Source: Candidatus Marinacidobacterium sp.
Lineage (GTDB): Bacteria > Acidobacteriota > Vicinamibacteria > Marinacidobacterales > Marinacidobacteraceae
Direction of reading: 5' to 3'
Assembly: GCA_965220965.1 (NCBI GenBank)
Contig: OZ244852.1
Span: 1,312,001-1,376,000 of the forward strand
Length of the DNA stretch: 64,000 nucleotides
Below the pieces are notes generated by a model, which saw nothing but the letters and a program-made list of their open reading frames with translations, did not search any database and was not told where the DNA came from. Below are positions 9,632-19,790 of this stretch, one piece after another. Numbering within the stretch: the first letter of the stretch is position 1; every line of letters begins with the position of its first letter. Position numbers and translations under genes: made by a program.

Positions 9632-9825
9632 CAACATCGACCGTTCCGGGCATTTGTTGCCCGTGTCGTCATCGATTTAGGATGTCTGAACGAGGGATCT
9701 TATACGTGACAACGCAGATCATGGCCACGTGCTACGATCCCTTGAAGCGATGATCCTGCTGTCCATTTCCGGTCGCCGGCGGCGACCTGTGACAGAGTCG
9801 GGGTCCACCGAGGAGGCGCGCTCCC

Positions 9826-12303
9826 TTGTCTGAGTCCCCCAAGAGCTCCGTGTCCGAGCCCGGCTCCCCCCAGGGCCAGATCCACCGGATGGTTCCGGTG
9901 CTGCCGCTGCGCGACATCGTCGTCTTCCCGCATTCGTTCCTGCCGCTCTCGGTGGGGCGGAAGAGCACGATCCGCATGATCCAGGACGCCACCCGGGAGG
10001 CGGCCGAGTCCCAGCGGGGGGCGCAGAGCCCGAAGGTCATGCTGGCGGTCCTGACGCAGAAGGACGACTCGGTCGAGCGGCCCGGACCCGACGATCTCTA
10101 CCAGGTCGGAACCGCCGCGCGGCTCGAGAAGCAGGTCCGGATGCGGGAGGGGACGATCCGCATCGTCATCCGGGGCAGCTTCCGGTTCCGGGTGGAGCGG
10201 ATCGTCCAGACCGATCCTTACCTCCGGGCCGACATCCGGGTGCTCGACGGGACGGTGGGGGCTTCGCGCACCGTCGAGTTCGAGGCGCTCACCCGCAAGA
10301 TCCGGGAAGAGCTCCAGGAGATGATCAAGGGGGATCATTTCCCTCGCGCCCGGGAGGTCATGAAGACCCAGTTGGCGCGGGTGGGGAGCGCCGGACAGCT
10401 CGCCGACTTCGTGGCGGAGACGCTGCCCAGCCTGAACACCGAGATGCGGCAGGACGTCCTGCAGACCCTGTCGATCGAGGACCGTCTGGGGCTCGCCTAC
10501 GCGGCGATCCTGCGCGAGAAGCAGGTCCGCGACCTGGGGCGCAGCATCGAGTCCAAGGTCAAGAGCGAGGTCGGCCGCACGCAGCGGGAGTTCTTCCTCC
10601 GCGAACAGATGAAGGCCATCCAGAAGGAGCTGGGCGAGTCCGACGACTCCTCCCGCGAACTCGACGAGCTGAAGGAGAAGATCGAGAAGGCGGGGATGCC
10701 CGAGGAGGCCGAGAAGGAAGCGCTCCGCGAGTTCCGCCGGCTGGGTCGGATCCCCCCCGCCTCGGCCGAGTACACCGTCGGACGAACGTATCTCGACTGG
10801 CTGGTCCGCGTTCCGTGGAAGGAGCGGACCGAGGACAAGTACGACATCCCCCGGGCGAAGGAGATCCTCGAGGCGGACCACTACGACCTCGAAAAGGTCA
10901 AGGACCGCATCCTGGAGTTCCTCGCGGTCCGCGAGCGCAAGCCGGACCAGAAGGGGCCGATCCTGTGTTTCGTGGGACCGCCGGGCGTCGGCAAGACGAG
11001 TCTGGGCCGGTCCATCGCCAAGGCGGTCGGACGCAAGTTCGTGCGGCTGAGCCTCGGCGGCATCCGCGACGAGGCCGAGATCCGGGGGCACCGGCGCACC
11101 TACATCGGCGCCCTGCCCGGCCAGATCATCCAGAACCTGGTGCGGGCCGGAACCCGCAACCCGGTCTTCATGCTGGACGAGGTCGACAAGCTGGGCATGG
11201 ACTTCCGGGGCGACCCGAGCTCCGCCCTGCTCGAAGTCCTCGACCCCGAGCAGAATCACGCGTTCCGCGACCACTACCTGGACCAGGCGTTCGACCTGTC
11301 GGAGGTCCTGTTCATCGGGACCGCGAACATGGTGGACCCGGTGCCGCCGGCGCTCAAGGACCGGATGGAGATCCTGAACCTCAACGGCTACACCGAAGAG
11401 GAGAAGATCCAGATCGCGGTCCGCCACATCATCCCGCGGCAACTCGACAACCACGGGATCGAGGAAGAGGACGTCGCGCCGGTCTTCGAACGCGAGGCGA
11501 TCGCGAAGATCATCCGGGACTACACCCGGGAGGCCGGGCTCCGGAACATGGAGCGGGCCATCGCCAAGATCTGCCGCAAGGCGGTGCGGAAGCTCGCGGA
11601 AGGCGAGAGCGGGCCGCTCCAGGTCACCCCCGAGGCGGTCAGCGACCTCCTCGGCGCCCCCACGAGCTACTCGCGCGAGCTCGAGGAGCGGGTCAGCGTC
11701 CCCGGCGTCGCCGTCGGGCTTGCGTGGACCCCGGTCGGCGGCGACCTGCTCTTCATCGAGACCTCACGGATGAAGGGGAACAACCGGCTCACGCTGACCG
11801 GCCAGTTGGGCGATGTGATGAAGGAGTCCGCCACCGCGGCGCTCTCCTGGGTCCGCCACCACGGGGCGGCGTACGGGATCACCGGCGACTTCTACCGGAA
11901 GTCCGACATCCACTTCCATGTGCCGGAAGGCTCCACCCCCAAGGACGGACCTTCGGCGGGCATCACCCTGGTCGCGTCTCTGATCTCCGCGCTCACGGAA
12001 ACGCTCCTCCGCCCGAAGCTCGCCATGACCGGCGAGATCACCCTGACCGGCCACGTGCTCCCGGTCGGCGGGATCAAGCAGAAGCTCCTCGCCGCCCACC
12101 GCTACGGCATCGAGGAGGTCATCGTGCCCCGGCTCAACGAGGCGGCGCTGATCGAGGACGTGCCGGACGAGATCCGCGACGACCTGCAGATCCACTTCGT
12201 CTCGAGCCTCGAGGAGGCGGCGCCGATCATGTTCCCCGACCTCGCCCCGCCCACCGCCATCGCCGCCGGTTCGGACACCGCCGAGCAACTGCCTGTGCAG
12301 TGA
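9826..12303 (+). CDS. lon: ATP-dependent Lon protease
   Basis: LPLRDIVVFP, GPPGVGKTS Walker A, IRGHRRTYIGA, PKDGPSAG catalytic Ser, VGGIKQK. Confidence 0.97.
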   Translation: MSESPKSSVSEPGSPQGQIHRMVPVLPLRDIVVFPHSFLPLSVGRKSTIRMIQDATREAAESQRGAQSPKVMLAVLTQKDDSVERPGPDDLYQVGTAARLEKQVRMREGTIRIVIRGSFRFRVERIVQTDPYLRADIRVLDGTVGASRTVEFEALTRKIREELQEMIKGDHFPRAREVMKTQLARVGSAGQLADFVAETLPSLNTEMRQDVLQTLSIEDRLGLAYAAILREKQVRDLGRSIESKVKSEVGRTQREFFLREQMKAIQKELGESDDSSRELDELKEKIEKAGMPEEAEKEALREFRRLGRIPPASAEYTVGRTYLDWLVRVPWKERTEDKYDIPRAKEILEADHYDLEKVKDRILEFLAVRERKPDQKGPILCFVGPPGVGKTSLGRSIAKAVGRKFVRLSLGGIRDEAEIRGHRRTYIGALPGQIIQNLVRAGTRNPVFMLDEVDKLGMDFRGDPSSALLEVLDPEQNHAFRDHYLDQAFDLSEVLFIGTANMVDPVPPALKDRMEILNLNGYTEEEKIQIAVRHIIPRQLDNHGIEEEDVAPVFEREAIAKIIRDYTREAGLRNMERAIAKICRKAVRKLAEGESGPLQVTPEAVSDLLGAPTSYSRELEERVSVPGVAVGLAWTPVGGDLLFIETSRMKGNNRLTLTGQLGDVMKESATAALSWVRHHGAAYGITGDFYRKSDIHFHVPEGSTPKDGPSAGITLVASLISALTETLLRPKLAMTGEITLTGHVLPVGGIKQKLLAAHRYGIEEVIVPRLNEAALIEDVPDEIRDDLQIHFVSSLEEAAPIMFPDLAPPTAIAAGSDTAEQLPVQ

Positions 12304-12374
12304 TCCGCGAGGGGCGGCTCGTCCTCTCACCGCCCTGCTGAGCCACGGCCGCCCCGATCCCCGGTCCTTCCGCC

Positions 12375-13313
12375 GTGCCTCACCGCGACTACTACGAGGT
12401 TCTCGGGGTCGGGAAGACCGCCGACGCCGGACGGATCCGGCAGGCGTATCGCCGGCTCGCCCGGAAGCACCACCCGGACGTCAACCCGGGGGACCAGAGC
12501 GCCGCCGAACGATTCCGGGAGATCGGCGAGGCCTACGACGTCCTCTCCGATCCGGCGAAGCGCCGCCGCTATGACGCCGGAGGGCGCCCGGGCCAACCCC
12601 GCGCCGGGCCATTCCCGCAGGGTGGGGGCTGGTCCTTCGTCGGCGACCTGGCCGGGCGCGGCGCGCGCAGCGCCGGGGGCCCGGGCCTTTCCGACATCTT
12701 CTCCCGGCTGTTCGCCGGCGGCGCGCCGTTCGCGCGCGGCGCGGGAACGGCCGCTCCCCCCTGGGCGGGGTCGGCGCCCGGCGGCGCCCGCCCCCGAAAG
12801 GCCCCGGATCCGGAGACCACCGTGGAAGTCCGGCTCGAGGAGGTTCTTTCCGGCGCCCTCCGGTCGGTGACGACGGGAAGCGGGGCCTCGTTCCGCGTCC
12901 GGATCCCTCCCGGCGTCACCGACGGCGCCCGGTTGCGGTTGCCCACGCCGGAGGGTCCGGCGCAGATCCGGGTGCGGATCGCGGAGCACCCGCAGTTCCG
13001 GCGGCGCGGTCAGGACCTCGAGACCGATGTCCCGGTGAGCTTCGACCACGCCGTCCTCGGCGGCGAGATCGAGGTCGCCACGCTCGAGGGGCCGGTGAAA
13101 GTCCGCCTCCCGCCGGGGACCTCCAGCGGCGCCGGTCTCCGGATCCGCGGACATGGCCTTCCCCGCCGGCCGCCCGGGTCAGGCGGCGGATCGGAAGCGG
13201 AGCGCGGCGACCTGGTGGCCCGGGTCCGGATCACCGTTCCGGACGACCTGACGCCGGAACAACGGGAGGCGCTCCGGAGCTTCTCGCGCGCGAAGGCCTC
13301 GAAGTCCGACTAG
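12375..13313 (+). CDS. DnaJ-class co-chaperone without zinc finger (CbpA-like)
   Basis: DYYEVLGV, HPD motif, G/F-rich linker, DnaJ C-terminal domain; no CxxCxGxG repeats. Confidence 0.9.
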   Translation: MPHRDYYEVLGVGKTADAGRIRQAYRRLARKHHPDVNPGDQSAAERFREIGEAYDVLSDPAKRRRYDAGGRPGQPRAGPFPQGGGWSFVGDLAGRGARSAGGPGLSDIFSRLFAGGAPFARGAGTAAPPWAGSAPGGARPRKAPDPETTVEVRLEEVLSGALRSVTTGSGASFRVRIPPGVTDGARLRLPTPEGPAQIRVRIAEHPQFRRRGQDLETDVPVSFDHAVLGGEIEVATLEGPVKVRLPPGTSSGAGLRIRGHGLPRRPPGSGGGSEAERGDLVARVRITVPDDLTPEQREALRSFSRAKASKSD

Positions 13314-13948
13314 CCCGGTTCGAGATCCTCGAGCGAGCCGCGAAGCGGGCGCAGGTCCCCGCTCGTCGCGTCGAGGATCACCGAGGGGGCGCCCCCGGGG
13401 GTCGGACCGCCGTCGAGCGCGAGCAGCCCGACCATCCCGCCGGCGCATTCGGCGAGCGCGGACGACGCCCCGGCGGCGCTCGTGAAAGGCGGCTGGCCGC
13501 TCGGGTTCGCGCTGGTGGAGACGACCGGATGGCCCAGCGCCGCGGCGAGCGCCCGGGCCGCCGGATGGGAGCTGACGCGAACCGCAGCCGTCCCGGCGGA
13601 GTCCGCCACGAGCGGCAGGACCAGCGTGAGGGGGCCCGGCCAGTAGCGGTCCGCCAGCGCCCCCGCCTCCGCCGGCAGGCGGCAGACCTCCTCCACCTGG
13701 GAGCGGTCCGCGGCGATCCACGGGAGGGGTTGGTCGCGTGGCCGGCGTTTCAGACGGAACACGCTGCGGACTCCCTCGGTGGACCGGGGATCGGCGCCGA
13801 GCCCGTAGAAGGTCTCGGTGGGGAAGATGACGACCGCGCCCCGGCGAAGCGCCGCGGCGGCGATTTCCACCGAAGCCGCCTCCTCCGCCGGGCGCTCCGC
13901 GCCGGACATCCCGCCGACCCGCAGGATGCGAACGACCGGGTCCGTCAT
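13310..13948 (-). CDS. tsaC: L-threonylcarbamoyladenylate synthase (TsaC/Sua5/YrdC)
   Basis: FPTETFYGL, KRRP, WPGPLTLV, STSANPSG. ATGA overlap with the xerD stop. Confidence 0.9.
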   Translation of the reverse strand: MTDPVVRILRVGGMSGAERPAEEAASVEIAAAALRRGAVVIFPTETFYGLGADPRSTEGVRSVFRLKRRPRDQPLPWIAADRSQVEEVCRLPAEAGALADRYWPGPLTLVLPLVADSAGTAAVRVSSHPAARALAAALGHPVVSTSANPSGQPPFTSAAGASSALAECAGGMVGLLALDGGPTPGGAPSVILDATSGDLRPLRGSLEDLEPG

Positions 13949-14928
13949 GAGGCTGGGCGCTTGGCCCTCGGGTGGTGTTCGTCGTAAACCCGCCGCAGCC
14001 GCTCCTCGGTGACGTGGGTGTAGATCTGCGTGGTGCCGACGGAGGCGTGGCCCAGCATCTGCTGCAGGGTCCGCAGATCGGCGCCCCGCTCGAGCAGGTG
14101 GGTGGCGAAGGAGTGGCGCAGCATGTGGGGAGAGAGGCTCCGGGTGATCCCGGCGGCGACGCCGGCGGCGCGGATGATCTGCCAGAACCGCACGCGGGTC
14201 ATCGGCCTCCGCCGGGCGGTCACGAACAGCCAGGGAACCTCGCCTGCGCCGGCGGGCGACCCGAGCAGCTCCGGGCGCCCGTCGCGGAGCCACGCGCGGA
14301 GGCGCGCATCGGCGGTGCGCCCGAAAGGCGCGATCCGGGTCTTGCCTCCCTTCCCGGTCACGGTGACGAACCCCGGCCGATCCTCCCGGGCGGCCGCCAC
14401 CTCCTCGACCCGCAACCCCACGAGTTCGGAGACCCGCAGTCCGGTCGCATAGAGCAGCTCGAGCATCGCCCGGTCGCGGAGCCCCCGCGGGGAGTCGTCG
14501 GGCGCCTCGAGGAGTTGCTCCACTTCATCCAGCGACAGGTAGCGGGGGAGTCCGGGGAGCGCGCGCGCCGGCCGAAGGTCCGCCGCCGGGTCCTCGGTTG
14601 CCGCACCCTCCGCGACCCAGAAGCGGTAGGCCCCCCGGACCGCCGCCGTCGCCCGCTGGATGGACCGGAACGAGAGCCCCTCGCGATGGAGGTCCGTCAG
14701 GAAGGCCTCGAGGTCGGGCCGCGTGAGTGAGGGAAGCGGACGGTCGCCGGCGTACCGGCCGAGCCGGGAGAGGTCGCGGCGGTAGGCCTCGAGGGTGTTC
14801 GCCGCGAGGCCCCGCTCGACCCGGAGGTGGTCGAGGTAGGCCGTCACCCAGGGGTCCGGCGGCTCGACTGGCGGTTCGACCGGGGGCGCCCGCCGGGAGC
14901 GCCCCGCGCCGCCGCTGTCACGGGTCAC
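13945..14928 (-). CDS. xerD: Tyrosine recombinase XerD
   Basis: ERGLAANTLEAYRRDL, RDRAMLELLYATGLRVSEL, GKGGKTR, SPHMLRHSFATHLL, LGHAS, TTQIYTHV. Start approximate (GTGA overlap with murJ). Confidence 0.92.
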   Translation of the reverse strand: MTRDSGGAGRSRRAPPVEPPVEPPDPWVTAYLDHLRVERGLAANTLEAYRRDLSRLGRYAGDRPLPSLTRPDLEAFLTDLHREGLSFRSIQRATAAVRGAYRFWVAEGAATEDPAADLRPARALPGLPRYLSLDEVEQLLEAPDDSPRGLRDRAMLELLYATGLRVSELVGLRVEEVAAAREDRPGFVTVTGKGGKTRIAPFGRTADARLRAWLRDGRPELLGSPAGAGEVPWLFVTARRRPMTRVRFWQIIRAAGVAAGITRSLSPHMLRHSFATHLLERGADLRTLQQMLGHASVGTTQIYTHVTEERLRRVYDEHHPRAKRPAS

Positions 14929-16622
14929 TCCGCGTCCCGCTCCGCGCCTCCCCGGAGGCGCCGCCCGAAGGACGCCAGCGCATCCCGGACCAGCGTCCAC
15001 TCGCCGGGGGCGAGCGTCCGCGCGACGAGCGCGAAGACGCCGAGCCCGGCGATACAACCGGCTCCGGTCGCGGCGAGGTCGCTCAGCAGGCCGGCGCCCC
15101 AGGCGTCATGGATCGTCCCGGCGACCGCCCACGCCACCCCTCCGGTCGCAATCGCCACCGGCGCCGCCCGAAGCCCGGCGGCCAGCACCTCGCCGGTGAG
15201 GGCGCGGAACCTGCCGGGACCGCCCGGACCCCGCCGCAGCTTCGGCGTCAGCAGGAGGACGAGCAGGACGACCGATGTCCAGGCGACCGAGACGGTGGCC
15301 AGCGGCAGGCCGAGGTGCCCGAGCTCGAGGGTGACCACCAGCGTCCGGGTGGCGAGCCAGGTGAACCCGGTCCCGAGCACCGCCACCAGCAGCGGCGGGC
15401 GGGTGCTCCCGAGCGCGAAGAAGGCGTCGGTGAGCAGCCGCGTGGCGCCGAAGGCGGGCAGGCCCAGCGCGAACAGCCGCAGGACCCGGGCGACCTCGTT
15501 CGCATCGCTCGCGGTGAAGGCGCCGCGCTGGAAGATGAGCGAAACGAGGGGATCGGCGATCGCGGCGACGCCGGCGGCAGCGGTGAGCGTCAGCAGGAAC
15601 ATCAGCCGGCCGGACTGGGAGAGCACCCGGGAAAACGCCTCCGGGTCGGAGCGCCCGGCGGAGCGCGTCAGCGCCGGGAGGGTGGCGCTCGAGAGCGCCA
15701 CCGCGATCAGGCCGATGGGTAGCTGGGCCAGCCGGTAGGCCATGTAGAACCAGGCGAGCCACGAGGTTCCGGCGGAGGCGAAGTGGCGCGAGACCACGAC
15801 GCTGATCTGCAGGCTGCCGGCGGCGCCGGCGGCGGGCAGGAACAGCCGGCAGACCCGCCGGAACGAGGCGTCCCGGAGGGTCTCCCGCGCGCCGCCGGTC
15901 GGGCCCGGCCGGTAGCCCCGCCCCCGGAACCAGAGAAGCTGGCTGCCCATCTGGGCCAGCCCGCCGAGCGGAACGCCGACCGCGAGGCCCGCCATCGGGT
16001 GGAGCCCGAACCGCGGGGCGATCAGCGCGCCGGCGGCCGCGAAGAAGACCGTCGTGAGGTTGAACAGCGCCGAAGCGACGCCGGGAAGGAAGAACACGCC
16101 GCGCGCCTGGAGGCCCCCCATGTAGAGCGCCGCGAGCGAGGCGAACACGAAGAAGGGGAACATGAGCCGCGTCAGCCAGACGGTCAGCTCGCGCGGCGTG
16201 GAGAGGCCGAACCGGAAGGCCTCCGGGAGCGGACGGTCGAAGGCCTCGCCCGGGAACACGAAGTTCACGAGCTGCGGAGCGAAGACGACGCCCAGCGCGG
16301 TGATCAGCAGCGCCACCGGGAGCACCGCCCGGAAGACGCGGGCGAACAGCACATGCGCCGATTCGCGTCCCTCCCCCTGGTCCACCCGGGCGAACGTCGC
16401 CACGAACGCCTTCGAGAGCGCGCCGTCCCCGAGCAGTTCGCGGAGCGTCGTCGGGAACGTGAAGGCGGCGACGAAGCCGTCAAGCAGGGCGGTGGGGAAC
16501 AGGAAAGCGAGGGTCTGCTCGCGCACCAGCCCGGTGATCCGCGAGACCAGGACCCCGAGGCTCACGGACCCGGCGCGTCGGGCCAGCCGCCGTTCGTCGC
16601 TGGAACCGGGAACCCTCGCCAC
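14925..16622 (-). CDS. murJ: Lipid II flippase MurJ (MviN)
   Basis: SRITGLVRE, LRELLGDGALS, RLAQLPIG, IFQRGAFT, about 14 TM segments. Start approximate. Confidence 0.92.
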   Translation of the reverse strand: MARVPGSSDERRLARRAGSVSLGVLVSRITGLVREQTLAFLFPTALLDGFVAAFTFPTTLRELLGDGALSKAFVATFARVDQGEGRESAHVLFARVFRAVLPVALLITALGVVFAPQLVNFVFPGEAFDRPLPEAFRFGLSTPRELTVWLTRLMFPFFVFASLAALYMGGLQARGVFFLPGVASALFNLTTVFFAAAGALIAPRFGLHPMAGLAVGVPLGGLAQMGSQLLWFRGRGYRPGPTGGARETLRDASFRRVCRLFLPAAGAAGSLQISVVVSRHFASAGTSWLAWFYMAYRLAQLPIGLIAVALSSATLPALTRSAGRSDPEAFSRVLSQSGRLMFLLTLTAAAGVAAIADPLVSLIFQRGAFTASDANEVARVLRLFALGLPAFGATRLLTDAFFALGSTRPPLLVAVLGTGFTWLATRTLVVTLELGHLGLPLATVSVAWTSVVLLVLLLTPKLRRGPGGPGRFRALTGEVLAAGLRAAPVAIATGGVAWAVAGTIHDAWGAGLLSDLAATGAGCIAGLGVFALVARTLAPGEWTLVRDALASFGRRLRGGAERDAE

Positions 16623-16755
16623 GCCGTCTCGCGGGAACTTACCCGAAGCGGTTCCTCTCGCGCCTCTCCCCGCCAGCCGCCGGATCGGACCCCCGATCCG
16701 GCCGCCACCGCGCTCAGGGAAGTCTCGATTGGGGTGATGTAGGATCCCGTTCGCT

Positions 16756-17451
16756 TTGGCGGCCACCTGGATCTCCACCGCGGCGGCGATTGCGGCCGCG
16801 GCGAAGCGGCCGGTTCTTCTCGCCGCCATGGTCGCCGGGGCGGTGTTCGGGGGGACAGCGCCGGCGGAGGCGCAGAGCCACCGGTTCCGGCTCTTCGTAG
16901 GGCCGGGCGTCCAGTTCTTCGCCCGACCCGAACTGAAGCTGGGACGGGGCATCGGCTTCGGCGGCACGGCGGCGATGCGGCTGAACGACAACTGGAGCCT
17001 CGAGTCCGGGCTGTTCTTCGGCCGCTCCAACCGGCGCTACACGGCGGGGGACGATCCGGTCGAGGACGTGATCGCGGAAGCGGCCTACCAGTTCCGGACG
17101 AACCGGTACCACCTCGACGGGTCGCTGGTGCATCACTTCGGCCGCCGCCAGCCCTTCCACACCTACGTCTTCGCGGGGGCCGGGCTGCTTCGCCGGGACG
17201 AGGTCCGGGAGGATCTGATCTACCCCGAGCCGGAAGAGGGCCAGGAATCGCTGACCGGTCTGCGGTTTCCGCTCGGCCACGAGGTCACGCTCCAGACGAC
17301 CGATTACTCCTTCTCGGCGCACCTCGGCGCCGGGTTCGAGGTGTACGTGTTCGACTACCTGTCGGCGGTGGCGGAGTACCGCATCTGGATCCCGGGTGAT
17401 TTCACCTATCGCACCCAGCAGGCGATCGTGGGAGTCAACTACTACCGCTGA
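16756..17451 (+). CDS. Outer-membrane beta-barrel domain protein (OmpA/OmpW-like 8-stranded)
   Basis: Signal peptide ending APAEA, alternating aromatic/hydrophobic strands (YVFAGAG, HLGAGFEVY, AEYR), aromatic C-terminus. Start uncertain (alternative ATG 16828). Confidence 0.7.
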   Translation: MAATWISTAAAIAAAAKRPVLLAAMVAGAVFGGTAPAEAQSHRFRLFVGPGVQFFARPELKLGRGIGFGGTAAMRLNDNWSLESGLFFGRSNRRYTAGDDPVEDVIAEAAYQFRTNRYHLDGSLVHHFGRRQPFHTYVFAGAGLLRRDEVREDLIYPEPEEGQESLTGLRFPLGHEVTLQTTDYSFSAHLGAGFEVYVFDYLSAVAEYRIWIPGDFTYRTQQAIVGVNYYR

Positions 17452-17504
17452 GTTCGGCGCCCGGCGCGTTCTTCCACATTTCGGAGCCCAGGATTCGCGC
17501 GGGA

Positions 17505-18035
17505 ATGAACCGGCGCGCCCTCGCCGCCGGGCCGCTCGCAGCGGCGACGGTTCCCCTCTTCGCTTTCTGGGTCCTGCTGTCGGGCAAGCTGGACGCATTC
17601 CATCTCGGTCTGGGCTTCCTGACCGCGATCGTCACCGCCGCAGCCACCCAGCGCATCTACGCGCTCGCCCCCGCCGCCATGTCGGGACGGGACTTCGCCC
17701 GGACCATGCTGCGTCCCCACCGGCTCCTCGGCTATGCGGGCTGGCTGGTGGTCCAGATCTTCCGTTCGGCGGCGCAGGTCGCGCGCATCGTGCTCGACCC
17801 CCGGCTCCCGGTCCGTCCCACCGTCGTGCGGATCGAGGATGACCTTCCCCACCCGGTGGCGCGTCTCACGCTGGCGCACTCCATCACGCTGACTCCCGGC
17901 ACCGTGACCATCGGGTGCGACGAAGACTCGCTCACCGTTCACGCCCTCGATGCGCGCGCCGCCACCTCGCTGGGCGCCGGCGGTGGTCCCATCGCCGACC
18001 GGGTGAAGCGCCTCTACGGCGAAGCCAGCGCGTGA
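17505..18035 (+). CDS. mrpE: Mrp/Mnh Na+/H+ antiporter subunit E
   Basis: FWVLLSG, LAHSITLTPGTVT, LTVHAL. Confidence 0.92.
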   Translation: MNRRALAAGPLAAATVPLFAFWVLLSGKLDAFHLGLGFLTAIVTAAATQRIYALAPAAMSGRDFARTMLRPHRLLGYAGWLVVQIFRSAAQVARIVLDPRLPVRPTVVRIEDDLPHPVARLTLAHSITLTPGTVTIGCDEDSLTVHALDARAATSLGAGGGPIADRVKRLYGEASA

Positions 18036-18065
18036 CAGCCCGTTGAACGAGGCGCCATCGGATCC

Positions 18066-18332
18066 ATGCAGTTGATCCTGGGCGCCTTCGCCGCCGCGCT
18101 GGCGCTCGCCGCCCTCGGCTCGCTGGCGCGCGTGCTGCGCGGGCCCACGCTCTGGGACCGGATCAACGGGCTGGCCCTGATCGGCACGAAGGCGCTCATG
18201 CTCCTCCTGGTCGTGGGGCAGCTCTCGGGACAGCCGGAGATGTTCACCGACATCGCCCTCGCCTACGCCCTGATCGGCTTTCTGGCGATGCTCGCGCTCT
18301 CGAAGTACTTCGAGAAAGAGGACGGCGCTTGA
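18066..18332 (+). CDS. mrpF: Mrp antiporter subunit F
   Basis: RVLRGPTLWDRI, DIALAYALIGF, 88 aa, 3 TM. Confidence 0.92.
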   Translation: MQLILGAFAAALALAALGSLARVLRGPTLWDRINGLALIGTKALMLLLVVGQLSGQPEMFTDIALAYALIGFLAMLALSKYFEKEDGA

Positions 18333-18691
18333 TCGCCGGACTGACGACTCTGGAGGCGGTGGCCACCGCACTCCTCGCCGGCTCGCTGCTGTTCACGCTG
18401 GCGGCGGTCGTGGGCCTGCTGCGCCTGCCGGACTTCTACACCCGGCTCCACGCGGCGGGAAAGTGCGACACCGCCGGGCTTGCGCTGGCGGTGCTGGCTC
18501 TCGCGCTGCTCTCGGGCGATGTGATCCTCGCCCTCAAGCTCGCGCTGATCTGGGGCGTGCTCGCGATCGGTAATCCGACGGCGACCCATGCGCTCGCCCG
18601 CGCCGCGCGGCGCGCCGGCGTCCCGGTCTGGACCCGTGGCTCCACCGCGAGCGAGCCGGCCGACGCGTCTCCGGGAGATCCCCGCCCATGA
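18329..18691 (+). CDS. mrpG: Mrp antiporter subunit G
   Basis: GLLRLPDFYTRLHAAGK, NPTATHALARAA. Confidence 0.93.
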   Translation: MIAGLTTLEAVATALLAGSLLFTLAAVVGLLRLPDFYTRLHAAGKCDTAGLALAVLALALLSGDVILALKLALIWGVLAIGNPTATHALARAARRAGVPVWTRGSTASEPADASPGDPRP

Positions 18692-18945
18692 CGATCGACC
18701 CGGGCGGGCTCATCGGGATCGGGCTGCTCGTCGCCATGCTGGTCACCGGGGTCGCGGCGCTGGTGGTGAACGACCTTCTGGCCGCGGCCTCGCTCTTCGG
18801 GGTGTTCAGCTTCGCCGCCGCCGCGTGGTTCGCGGTCCTCGGGGCGGTCGATGTGGCCTTCACCGAGGCCTGCGTGGGGGGGGCGCTGAGCACGATCCTG
18901 CTGGTCGCCGCCACGTTCCGGACGAACCGGAGGCTGGACCAGTGA
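18688..18945 (+). CDS. Mrp subunit B-associated small subunit (DUF4040; corresponds to part of the MrpA C-terminus)
   Basis: DLLAAA, LGAVDVAFTEACVG, 85 aa. Confidence 0.85.
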   Translation: MTIDPGGLIGIGLLVAMLVTGVAALVVNDLLAAASLFGVFSFAAAAWFAVLGAVDVAFTEACVGGALSTILLVAATFRTNRRLDQ

Positions 18946-19790
18946 ACTCCGCGGCCGCCCGTCCCGCGCCCGGTCCCTCCCGGCGCCGGCTGGCCGCCGC
19001 GACGGCGGGGCTTGGCGCGTTGTTCGTCGGGCTGGTCGCCGGCGTCGCCGAGCTTCCCCGCGTGGGCGACCCGTCGGCGCCCGCCTCGACCCACCTCTCG
19101 CCCCGCTTCATCGAGCAGGGGCTCGAGGAGACCGGGGCGGCCAACATGGTGACGGCGGTCCTCGCCGACTACCGGGGCTACGACACCCTGGGCGAAGTCG
19201 CGGTCATCTTCGCCGCCGGGCTGGGCGCCTTCGTGATCCTCGCCGCCTCGATCGGCGGCCCGCGCTCGGAGAGCCCCGGCCCCGGCCTGTCCCATCGCCT
19301 CGACAGCCTGCTGCTCGACACCGCGGCGCGCGCCGTCGTCCCGTTCCTGCTGGTCTTCGGGGTCTACGTCGTCATCCATGGACACGTCAGCCCCGGCGGC
19401 GGCTTCCAGGGCGGCGTGCTGTTCGGGCTCGGGCTCGTGGCGCTGCGGCTGGTGTGGGGGCCACCGCAGAGTCCCTCGGACGAGGCCTTCGGCCCCGGGT
19501 TGCGGGCGGCGGTGATCCTCGCTTCGAGCGGGATGCTTGCCTACGTCGGCATCGGTCTGGCCGCCATGGCCTTCGGGGGCGCCTTCCTGGACTACGGGGC
19601 GCTGCCGCTCGGGGACGATCCGGCGCACGTCCGCGAACTCGCCACCCTGGCCATCGAGATCGCGGTGTTCCTCGCGGTCTCGGGGACGGTCGCGGTGCTC
19701 TTCGAGACGATCGCGACCGGCGCGTGGGAGACCGGCGAACCGCTGACGGCGGCCGCGGAAGATCCGTCAGACGGGGGAGAGCGCGGTTGA
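18942..19790 (+). CDS. mrpB: Mrp antiporter subunit B (MbhE-like plus MnhB domain)
   Basis: NMVTAVLADYRGYDTLGE and HGHVSPGGGFQGG. GTGA overlap start. Confidence 0.9.
   Translation: MNSAAARPAPGPSRRRLAAATAGLGALFVGLVAGVAELPRVGDPSAPASTHLSPRFIEQGLEETGAANMVTAVLADYRGYDTLGEVAVIFAAGLGAFVILAASIGGPRSESPGPGLSHRLDSLLLDTAARAVVPFLLVFGVYVVIHGHVSPGGGFQGGVLFGLGLVALRLVWGPPQSPSDEAFGPGLRAAVILASSGMLAYVGIGLAAMAFGGAFLDYGALPLGDDPAHVRELATLAIEIAVFLAVSGTVAVLFETIATGAWETGEPLTAAAEDPSDGGERG

Noticed and set aside
13945-14928. Tyrosine recombinase as a phage or island integrase
   Set aside because: It has XerD signature motifs and sits among housekeeping genes; no att sites or cargo are evident.
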